From assembly GCA_965603825.1 (NCBI GenBank), contig CBFDEM010000011.1, positions 682,001-746,000 on the forward strand: DNA of 64,000 nt, read 5' to 3'. The stretch is from Blepharisma stoltei ATCC 30299. Taxonomy: Eukaryota > Protista > Ciliophora. Shown here one piece after another: positions 45,939-55,260 of this stretch; the stretch's first letter is position 1; each line of letters begins with the position of its first letter. The translations under genes and the position numbers were made by a program. The notes below the pieces were generated by a model. The model was not told the origin of the DNA. It ran no database searches and worked only from the letters and a program-made list of their open reading frames with translations.

Positions 45939-46862
45939 ATGAAATATCTTTCATTTATATCACTCTTTGCCCTAGTTCTATCAGGGCCTACAGTTCAGCT
46001 TAAAGACTCAGATCTTGCTATCCCACAAGAAATGATTGATGAAATCAACAGAGTCCAAGACTCCTGGATTGCATCTTCTAAGTGGGTTGGTAACATGACA
46101 ATTGCTGAAGCCAAGCATAAAGCATCCACAATATCTAAACCTCGACCATTTCCAGCAAAAGAAATTGGTGCATTATCAGACTACCTTTCAATTCCAGCCT
46201 CCTTCGATGCAAGAACAAAATGGCCAAACTGCATTCACCCAATCCGTAACGATGATTTATGCGATGCTGGCTGGGCGTTTGGAGCTACTGAAACTCTGTC
46301 TGACAGATTTTGCATTGCTTCAAATGGCAAAATTAACATTGTTTTGTCACCACTATATCTGATAGTATGTGATATTTCATATGACGATAGATGCAGCTTC
46401 GGTAGTCCTGATTCTGTTTGGAATTTCATGAAAAATTATGGAGTACCTACAGAATCATGCCTTCCTTATAATGTATTAGATACAGATGAAATGTGCCCTA
46501 ATTCTTGCTGGTTAGGAAACGATTTCCAATTCTATAAGGCTGCGACTGTGAACTCATTCAATGGTACAGCAGCGATCCAGGCTGAAATATTAGCAAATGG
46601 GCCAGTTGAAGTTATTTTTACCATGTATCAAGATTTGTTGTCCTATAAGGGAGGCATTTATAAGCATACAACAGGTGATTCTTTAGGAACTACCTGTGTG
46701 AAGGTAGTCGGGTGGGGAAATCAAAGTGGAACTAATTACTGGATTGCTGCTAACTCTTGGGGAACTCGTTGGGGTTTACAAGGATACTTTTGGATTGCTT
46801 TTGGGGAGGGCGGGATTGGTAAACAAGCTGTAGCTGGGACTCCATATATTAAAGGCCTATAG
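45939..46862 (+). CDS. cathepsin B-like unit 11, intact non-peptidase homolog
   Basis: True start is MKYLSF at 45939 (signal peptide), not 45768. NDDLCDAGW, GTTCVK, ANSW. Confidence 0.9.
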   Translation: MKYLSFISLFALVLSGPTVQLKDSDLAIPQEMIDEINRVQDSWIASSKWVGNMTIAEAKHKASTISKPRPFPAKEIGALSDYLSIPASFDARTKWPNCIHPIRNDDLCDAGWAFGATETLSDRFCIASNGKINIVLSPLYLIVCDISYDDRCSFGSPDSVWNFMKNYGVPTESCLPYNVLDTDEMCPNSCWLGNDFQFYKAATVNSFNGTAAIQAEILANGPVEVIFTMYQDLLSYKGGIYKHTTGDSLGTTCVKVVGWGNQSGTNYWIAANSWGTRWGLQGYFWIAFGEGGIGKQAVAGTPYIKGL

Positions 46863-47685
46863 CATTCATTAATCTAATACGCCTCATTTAAAATACTTTG
46901 TGTTTTAAAATTTTTATATAAAATTGCATATTCAGATACCCTAAGCCAAACAAAAGTGTAGATGCAAATCAATTTGCCCGAAAAAAAACTTTTCTAATAT
47001 TTACAAAAATATCATAGAAGTGAATCAAAAGTGGTAAGATGAATTTTCAAATCTATAACATGATAATTTATCATAAATCTAATAAATTTTTAATCTAAAG
47101 ATTTTTATTTTATGTTTTACTGTTTGGTTTTGAAATATCGCAGGGCAATAACCGCAGCTACTGATTAAGTAGATTAAAAAGCATGCATTATATCTAATAC
47201 CCTTGAAATCATTAAAGAAGCTTAAATATCTTTCAAAATCCTTTTAGTTGATTCAAGTTAAACTAATTTCCGCTATTTTAATTATTGTATTACGAAAATT
47301 CATTGCTCCAGCAATATTAAGTATATTTATAAATCAATTGTTTGAGAAGATATAGCATAGGCATCCTTAATACTCTCTATATGAGCTAACCTGCACTTTT
47401 ATCTGTAGATATTACACTAGAAAATCAATTGCTATGAAAGTTTAAAAGTAAGCAAAAAATGCACTAATTTATCTGTCTGCTTATCAATTTAATCTCATTT
47501 AAATATTGACAGAATGGCACTGTGTGCAGAGATGGCTCCTATGCAACGATTATATATATTTTTGCTATCTAATATTTCTTTCATTCTTTTCTCTAGTCTC
47601 TTTTATCATCAAAACTCTATTACGTCATTTGAACATCCATATTTTCGCTGATCTGGGGAAGAAATTCTAGTGGTGTCCTTATAAA

Positions 47686-48585
47686 ATGAAATATTTTGCT
47701 TTTGCAGCTCTCATTGTTTTAGCCTTGTCAGGACCTGCAATTGAACTTAAAGACTCAGACCTTGTATGTCCTCAAGAAATGATTGACGAAATCAACAGCA
47801 TCCAAGATTCATGGACTGCATCTTCTGAATGGGTTGGCCAAATGACCGTTGCCGAAGCCAAGCTTAAAGCTTCTTCAATCTCAAGACCTAGAGAATTCCC
47901 AGAAAAAGATTGGGGTGCACTAATAAACTACTTCTCGGCTCCAGCTTCATTCGATTCAAGACAACAGTGGCCTGGATGCGTTCATCCAATCCTTAACCAA
48001 GAGCAGTGCGGATCCTGCTGGGCATTTGGAGCAAGTGAAGCTCTCTCAGATAGACTTTGCATTGCTACTAACGGAACAGTCAATGTCACTTTGTCCCCAC
48101 AATATCTTGTATCTTGCGATTCTCAAAACTACGGATGCAACGGTGGTTACGCAGACCTTGCCTGGAGATTCATGAAAGATACCGGAGTTCCAACATACTC
48201 ATGTGTTCCTTATATTGCAGCAGACGGAACTTGCCCTACCAAATGCGCTGATGGATCTGCCCTTCAATTCTACAAGGCTACATCTGTAAACACATACAGT
48301 GGCCCATCATCTATCCAAGCTGCAATTTTGGCAGGAGGCCCAGTTGAAGTTACCTTCCAAGTTTACAAAGACTTCATGTCATACTCTGGTGGTATCTACA
48401 AGCACACCAAGGGAGAATTTGTCGGAAACCACTGCGTCAAAATCATCGGATGGGGAAACCAAAGTGGAACCAACTACTGGATTGTTGCTAACTCTTGGGG
48501 AACTTCTTGGGGTCTTCAAGGATTCTTCTGGATTGCCTTCGGACAATGCGGAATTGATAGTCAAGGTGTAGCTGGAAGCGCTTAA
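47686..48585 (+). CDS. CTSB: cathepsin B-like cysteine protease, unit 12 (catalytically complete)
   Basis: Signal peptide, QEQCGSCWAF, GNHCVK, ANSW. No occluding loop. Confidence 0.93.
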   Translation: MKYFAFAALIVLALSGPAIELKDSDLVCPQEMIDEINSIQDSWTASSEWVGQMTVAEAKLKASSISRPREFPEKDWGALINYFSAPASFDSRQQWPGCVHPILNQEQCGSCWAFGASEALSDRLCIATNGTVNVTLSPQYLVSCDSQNYGCNGGYADLAWRFMKDTGVPTYSCVPYIAADGTCPTKCADGSALQFYKATSVNTYSGPSSIQAAILAGGPVEVTFQVYKDFMSYSGGIYKHTKGEFVGNHCVKIIGWGNQSGTNYWIVANSWGTSWGLQGFFWIAFGQCGIDSQGVAGSA

Positions 48586-48866
48586 GTTTAAAGCTAAATA
48601 ACATTTAAGATTGAAATAATCTTTTCGTCTCTTACTAAATTAAGCATTTAAGATGCTTTTTAAACGTAATAGGCAATTAACTATTCACTGGTTATAAATA
48701 AGGCTAGAATATAGTATATGCTACCGATTTTATTAACTTAAAAGAGCCTCGTTATATCTCAATATTTTTTATTTGAAACCTTAATTTTAATCTGCAGACA
48801 ATGCCCACCTTTCAAAAATAATTTAGGTTTTTGATATCTGGGGAAAAATTAATTGGTGAAATAAAA

Positions 48867-49793
48867 ATGAAATATCTTGTCATTGCTTCACTTATTGCTC
48901 TTGCAATCTCAGGACCCACAGTCACGTTTAAAAACGCATCCCCAGCTTTAAAAGACTCAGATCTTGTTGCACCGCAAGAAATGATTGATCTTATTAATCA
49001 AAGCCAAGACTCTTGGACTGCATCAGCCGATTGGGTCGGCCAAATGACTATTGGAGATGCCAAAAGCTATGCATCTGCTAGTGGAGAGCCAAGAAGTTTC
49101 CCAGAAAAAGACTGGGGTGCACTTTTAGACAGCGTCACACCTCCATCTTCTTTTGATTCAAGACAGCAATGGCCAAACTGTATTCATCCAATTCTTAACC
49201 AAGAACAATGCGGATCATGCTGGGCATTTGGCGCTACAGAAGCTCTTTCAGACAGACTTTGTATAGCTTCAAAAGGCTCAATCAATGTTGTTCTGTCTCC
49301 TCAGTACCTTCTTGAATGTGATAAAGAAAACTTCGCTTGCAATGGAGGAATTGCAGATTTGGCTTGGCTCTGGATGAAGGACCATGGTGTTCCTACCTAC
49401 TCTTGCGTTCCTTACTTAGGACAAGACTCAACCTGCCCAACTGCTTGCTCTAATGGATCCCAATTGCAAGTTTATAAGGCTTCATCTGTAAACACATACA
49501 GTGGACCATCATCAATGCAAGCTGCTATTCTTGCTGGAGGCCCAATTGAAGTCACTTTCCAAGTTTATCAAGATTTCATGACTTACTCTGGAGGAATTTA
49601 CAAGCACACTACTGGAAACTTTTTAGGAAACCACTGCGTTAAGGTTGTTGGCTGGGGGACACAGAATGGAACCAACTACTGGGTTGTGGCTAACTCTTGG
49701 GGAACTTCCTGGGGTATTCAAGGATTCTTCAATATTGCCTTCGGACAATGCGGAATTGATAGTCAAGCTGTGGCAGGAACTCCTCTAGTTTAG
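48867..49793 (+). CDS. CTSB: cathepsin B-like cysteine protease, unit 13 (catalytically complete)
   Basis: Start MKYLVI at 48867. QEQCGSCWAF, GNHCVK, ANSW. Confidence 0.93.
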   Translation: MKYLVIASLIALAISGPTVTFKNASPALKDSDLVAPQEMIDLINQSQDSWTASADWVGQMTIGDAKSYASASGEPRSFPEKDWGALLDSVTPPSSFDSRQQWPNCIHPILNQEQCGSCWAFGATEALSDRLCIASKGSINVVLSPQYLLECDKENFACNGGIADLAWLWMKDHGVPTYSCVPYLGQDSTCPTACSNGSQLQVYKASSVNTYSGPSSMQAAILAGGPIEVTFQVYQDFMTYSGGIYKHTTGNFLGNHCVKVVGWGTQNGTNYWVVANSWGTSWGIQGFFNIAFGQCGIDSQAVAGTPLV

Positions 49794-50000
49794 ATATTTA
49801 ATATCAATTTGCCTTTAATATGTCTTTTTGTTCTCTGTTATTAAATTTGATAACAGTATTCAAATTTAGCACTTAATAATAAGGGTATTGGCAATTTTCT
49901 ATTTAATATAGATGCAAAAATTTAACAGATAAAATAAATTGTCTTTCTACCTGCATTAATCCGATTAATTAAGAAGATAAGTTATGGGGAAACAATAAAT

Positions 50001-50906
50001 ATGAAAAACATCATTTTGCTAGGCTTTGTCTTAGCTGCATTTGCAAGTCCAGCTTTTAGACTTAGAGATTCTGACCTTGTGATGACACAAGAGCAAATAG
50101 ACCGCATCAATCAAAGCCAAGATTTATGGACAGCCTCCTCTGATTGGGTTGGTGCCATGACAATTGGAGAAGCCAGACAATACGCCTCAGCCGAAATTAT
50201 CTACAACCACTTCCCAGAAAAACATTGGGGAAAGCTCTTAGACCACTTGCAAGTCCCATCTGCTTTTGACGCTAGACAAAAATGGCCTTCTTGCATTCAT
50301 CCAATCCTTAATCAAGGAGATTGCGGCTCTTGTTGGGCTTTTGGAGCAAGTGAAGCTCTTTCAGACAGACTCTGCATTTTTTCAAACAGCACAATAAATG
50401 TTGTCCTTTCCCCTCAATATCTGGTTAATTGTGACAGTGTAAGCTATGGCTGTGGCGGTGGATATGCCGTTTATGCTTGGGATTTCATGCAATCTAATGG
50501 CATCCCAACCCAAACTTGTACCCCATATGCTGCTGTAAATCAAGTTTGCGTTAATAAATGCTCCAATGGATCTACTATGAGATATTATAAGGCTGCATCT
50601 GTGAGTACTTTCAGCTCACCCGCATCAATTCAGGCAGAGGTTCTGCAAAATGGCCCAATAGAAGTTTCTTTCCAGGTTTACCAAGATTTCTATGCATATA
50701 CAAGTGGTGTTTATAAGCACACCAATGGACAATTTGTTGGCAATCACTCAGTCAAAATTATTGGATGGGGAGTTCAAGGTCAAACTAATTATTGGATTGT
50801 TGCTAACTCTTGGGGTGCTACCTGGGGTATGAATGGATTCTTCTGGATTGCTTTTGGAGAGTGTGGAATCGATAGTAATGGTGTTGCTGGACTTCCTGCA
50901 GTCTAA
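50001..50906 (+). CDS. CTSB: cathepsin B-like cysteine protease, unit 14 (catalytically complete)
   Basis: QGDCGSCWAF, GNHSVK, ANSW. Confidence 0.93.
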   Translation: MKNIILLGFVLAAFASPAFRLRDSDLVMTQEQIDRINQSQDLWTASSDWVGAMTIGEARQYASAEIIYNHFPEKHWGKLLDHLQVPSAFDARQKWPSCIHPILNQGDCGSCWAFGASEALSDRLCIFSNSTINVVLSPQYLVNCDSVSYGCGGGYAVYAWDFMQSNGIPTQTCTPYAAVNQVCVNKCSNGSTMRYYKAASVSTFSSPASIQAEVLQNGPIEVSFQVYQDFYAYTSGVYKHTNGQFVGNHSVKIIGWGVQGQTNYWIVANSWGATWGMNGFFWIAFGECGIDSNGVAGLPAV

Positions 50907-51087
50907 ATAATCAAGAAATTATTATTATAAAAGACTTATTTATAAAATATTGGAACTAAAAATAGGATATTTAAGCGAGAGTTATGATAGATTTTCTAAT
51001 AATTTAATAGGCATGCATAAATAAAAAAAATTATGATTTTTACACATATGATTAGCCCCTATAAGAAGATTATCAAATTCTAAATTT

Positions 51088-51274
51088 ATGGCACAAAAAG
51101 AACCCCCACCGTTTATTTGCTTGATATCAGAAAGCGAAAGTGGGACTGATAAATCAAAAAGCCAAAGCTCATCATTAAGATCTAAACAAAAGTAAAGTGC
51201 TACATCAACTTCTAAGAAAAACAAAAAATCAGAATCAAAACCCAAGAAAAGCAAAAGTTCTAAATCAGTCTCTA
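51088..51274 (+). pseudogene. truncated 5' duplicate of the zinc-finger gene at 54430
   Basis: Near-identical to 54430-54616, with a premature TAA at 51193. Confidence 0.88.
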
Positions 51275-51647
51275 GGACAAGACTCAACCTGCCCAACTGC
51301 TTGCTCTAATGGATCCCAATTGCAAGTTTATAAGGCTTCATCTGTAAACACATACAGTGGACCATCATCAATGCAAGCTGCTATTCTTGCTGGAGGCCCA
51401 ATTGAAGTCACTTTCCAAGTTTATCAAGATTTCATGACTTACTCTGGAGGAATTTACAAGCACACTACTGGAAACTTTTTAGGAAACCACTGCGTTAAGG
51501 TTGTTGGCTGGGGGACACAGAATGGAACCAACTACTGGGTTGTGGCTAACTCTTGGAAACTTCCTTGGTATTCAAGGATTCTTCAATATTGCCTTCGGAC
51601 AATGCGGAATTGATAGTCAAGCTGTGGCAGGAATTCCTCTAGTTTAG
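51273..51647 (+). pseudogene. cathepsin B-like unit 15: 3' half duplicate of unit 13 fused to the zinc-finger fragment
   Basis: Near-identical to 49417-49793, with two 1-nt deletions near 51555-51570. Confidence 0.9.
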
Positions 51648-51873
51648 ATATTTAATATCAATTTGCCTTTAATATGTCTTTTGTGCTATGTTATTAAATT
51701 TGATAACTGTCTTCAAATTTAATACCTAATAATAAGGGCATTGGCAATTTTCCATTTAATATAGATTATATTCTATGCAAAATTTAATAGATAAAATAAA
51801 CTGACTTTCTACCTGCATTAATACATAACATTATGAAATTAATTAAGAAGATAAGTTATGGGGAAACAATAAT

Positions 51874-52777
51874 ATGAAAAGCATCATTTTCTTAGGCTTC
51901 GTCTTAGCTGCATTTGCAAGTCCAGCTTTTAGACTTAGAGATTCTGACCTTGTGATGACACAAGAGCAAATAGACCACATAACCAAAGCCAAGATTAATG
52001 GACTGCCTCCTCTGATTGGGTTGGTTCCATGACAATTGGAGAAGCCAGAAAATACGCCTCAACCAAAATCATCTACAACGACTTCCCAGAAAAAATTGGG
52101 GAAAGCTCTTAGACCACTTGCAAATCCCATCTGCTTTTGACGCTAGACAAAAATGGCCTTCTTACATTCATCCAATCCTTAATCAAGGAAATTGCAGCTC
52201 TGATTGGGCTTTTGGAGTCAGTGAAGTTCTTTCAGACAGATTCTGTATTTTTTCAAATAGCACAATAAATGTTGTCCTTTCCCCTCAATATCAGATGAAT
52301 TGTGACCATAATAGTTATGGCTGCTTGAATGGAAGTCCCTATTTAGCTTGGAAATACATGAGAGATTATGGCATCCCATCCCTAGCTTGTACCCCATATG
52401 CTGGTGTACAACAAGGTTGCGTTAAAGTATGCTCCGATGGATCTCCTATGAGATATTATAAGGCTGCATCTTTTTATACTCTCAGTAAACCTGCATCAAT
52501 TCAGGCAGAGGTTCTGCAAAATGGCCCAATAGAAGTTTCTTTCCAGGTTTACCAAGATTTTTATGCATATAAGAGTGGTGTTTATAAGCACACCACTGGA
52601 AAATTGGTTAGTCGTCACTCAGCCAAAATTATTGGATGGGGAGCTCAAGGGGAAACTAATTATTGGATTGTTGCTAACTCTTGGGGTGATACTTGGGGTA
52701 TGAATGGATACTTCTGGATTGCTTTTGGAGATTATGGAATTAATAATACTGGTGTTGCTGGACTTCCTGCAGTCTAA
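51874..52777 (+). pseudogene. cathepsin B-like unit 16, unit-14 paralog with Cys>Asp and frameshifts in the prodomain
   Basis: QGNCSSDW, SRHSAK. 1-nt deletions near 51980 and 52095. Confidence 0.8.
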
Positions 52778-52958
52778 ATAATCAAGAAATTATTATTATA
52801 AAAGACTTATTTATAAAATATTGGAACTAAAAATAGGATATTTAAGCGAGAGTTATGATAGATTTTCTAATAATTTAATAGGCATGCATAAATAAAAAAA
52901 ATTATGATTTTTACACATATGATTAGCCCCTATAAGAAGATTATCAAATTCTAAATTT

Positions 52959-53145
52959 ATGGCACAAAAAGAACCCCCACCGTTATTTGTTTGATATCAG
53001 AAAGCGAAAGTGGGACTGATAAATCAAAAAGCCAAAGCTCATTATCAAGATCTAAATAAAAGATAAATGCCACATCAGCTCCTAAGAAAAACAAAAAATC
53101 AGAATCAAAACCCAAGAAAAGCAAAAGTTCTAAATCAGTCTCTAA
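52959..53145 (+). pseudogene. second truncated 5' duplicate of the zinc-finger gene
   Basis: Similar to 54430-54617, with a 1-nt deletion in the C-run and CAA>TAA. Confidence 0.85.
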
Positions 53146-53344
53146 AGAATTATGCAAATTTCGAATGAGATGAAGATGTGATGTTGACAATAATGGATTT
53201 ATCTAAGGGTATAGACAATTTACCATTTAATATAGATTATATTCTATGCAAAATTTAATAGATAAAATAAACTGGCTTTCTACCTGAATTAATGCATAGC
53301 ATTATGAGATTGATTAAGAAGATAAGTTATGGGGAAACAATAAT

Positions 53345-54248
53345 ATGAAAAACATCATTTTCTTAGGCTTCGTCTTAGCTGCATTTGCAAGTCCAGCTTT
53401 TAGACTTAGAGATGCTGACCTTGTGATGACACAAGAGCAAATAGACCGCATCAATCAAAGCCAAGATTTATGGACAGCCTCCTCTGATTGGGTTGGTTCC
53501 ATGACAATTGGAGAAGCCAGAAAATACGCCTCAACCAAAATCATCTACAACGACTTCCCAGAAAAAATTGGGAAAGCTCTTAGACCACTTGCAAATCCCA
53601 TCTGCTTTTGACGCTAGACAAAAATGGCCTTCTTGCATTCATCCAATCCTTAATCAAGGAAATTGCAGCTCTGCTTGGGCTTTTGGAGTCAGTGAAGTTC
53701 TTTCAGACAGACTCTGTATTTTTTCAAATAGCACAATAAATGTTGTCCTTTCCCCTCAATATCTGGTTAATTGTGACATTGCAAGCTTTGGCTGTGGCGG
53801 TGGATATGCCAGTTATGCTTGGAGATTCATGAAAGATCATGGCATCCCAACCCAAACTTGTACCCCATATGCTGGTGTAAATCAAGTTTGCGTTAAAGAA
53901 TGCTCCGATGGATCTACTATGAGATATTATAAGGCTGCATCTGTGAGTACTTTCAGCTCACCCGCATCAATTCAGGCAGAGGTTCTGCAAAATGGCCCAA
54001 TAGAAGTTTCTTTCCAGGTTTACCAAGATTTTTATGCATATAAGAGTGGTGTTTATAAGCACACCACTGGAAAATTGGTTAGTCGTCACTCAGCCAAAAT
54101 TATTGGATGGGGAGCTCAAGGGGAAACTAATTATTGGATTGTTGCTAACTCTTGGGGTGATACTTGGGGTATGAATGGATACTTCTGGATTGCTTTTGGA
54201 GATTGTGGTATCGATAGTTATGGTGTTGCTGGATTTCCTGCAGTCTAA
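53345..54248 (+). pseudogene. cathepsin B-like unit 17, unit-14 paralog with Cys>Ala and a homopolymer frameshift
   Basis: QGNCSSAW, SRHSAK. 2 nt short at GAAAAAATTGGGAAAG (about 53561-53576). The mature domain is open. Confidence 0.72.
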
Positions 54249-54429
54249 ATAATCAAGAAATTATTATTATAAAAGACTTATTTATAAAATATTGGAACTA
54301 AAAATAGGATATTTAAGCGAGAGTTATGATAGATTTTCTAATAATTTAATAGGCATGCATAAATAAAAAAAATTATGATTTTTACACATATGATTAGCCC
54401 CTATAAGAAGATTATCAAATTCTAAATTT

Positions 54430-55203
54430 ATGGCACAAAAAGAACCCCCACCGTTTATTTGCTTGATATCAGAAAGCGAAAGTGGGACTGATAAATCAAA
54501 AAGCCAAAGCTCATCATTAAGATCTAAACAAAAGAAAAGTGCCGCATCAACTCCTAAGAAAAACAAAAAATCAGAATCAAAACCCAAGAAAAACAAAAGT
54601 TCTAAATCAGTCTCTAAGGAAAGCAAATATTGAGACGAATTGAAATCTCTGGAGGAAAATAATGAATCCAACGAGGAGGAAGAAGATCAGTCTGATGTAT
54701 CTAGCTATGTGTCTGAAGAGTTTGATTTTAGCGAATTAGAATATTTATCAGATAGAGAAGAAGAAAATCCTCCTAAGAAGAGGAAAAAAAATAAAAATAA
54801 AGAAAGAGTCTCTTCTTCCAGCCCTTCACCTGAAAGAGATGAAGGCTATTTGCTAAGAAAAAAATATAGAGATGTAGGGCAATTTCAATGTAAAGTGTGC
54901 GATCAAATTGTACCGAGTCTTAGAGCGTATAAGAGTCATAAAAGCATACGAAAAAGTAAATGCCATAAATGCAAAGAAATTTTTTTGTGCAACCAACAAA
55001 TGAACTGGCACACAGTGGACTGCAAGAAAAATCCGAACAGAAAATGGCAAAATTGTGGTAAGAGACAGTATCCACGATATTTGAAAGGAATAGAAGCAGT
55101 TATAAGGAGAGCTGAAAAATATCCTCCTGTAGAAACAGCACTCACTGATTATGAGCCATATCAGATTGGATTTAGAAAATCGTATCGATTTTTGGATAAC
55201 TAA
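54430..55203 (+). CDS. C2H2-type zinc finger protein with basic/acidic N-terminal region
   Basis: Two track ORFs joined by TGA=Trp at 54631. CKVC-x12-H and CHKC-x12-H-x3-C. NLS-like PPKKRKK. Confidence 0.8.
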
Positions 55204-55260
55204 AATTATTATCATTAGAAGTATATTTAAATATAGTGAATTTCTATTAATAAATTCTAT

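Larger units (their letters stand above)
28134..54248 (+). repeat. tandem array of 17 cathepsin B-like (C1A) gene units
   Basis: Repeated ~0.9-kb coding units with shared motifs (PASFDSR..WP.CIHP, GGPIE, YKGGIYKH, IGWG.Q.GTNYWI) and partly duplicated spacers, all on + strand. Confidence 0.97.

Noticed and set aside
28134-54248. Array as assembly artefact or as a CRISPR/transposon repeat
   Set aside because: Units are protein-coding and differ by many substitutions and indels, with no repeat-spacer structure or transposase. Only individual junctions and homopolymer frameshifts remain doubtful.
50982-54671. Repeated minus-strand ORFs (LETDLELLLFLGFDSD...)
   Set aside because: Antisense shadows of the K/S-rich zinc-finger 5' region and its duplicates
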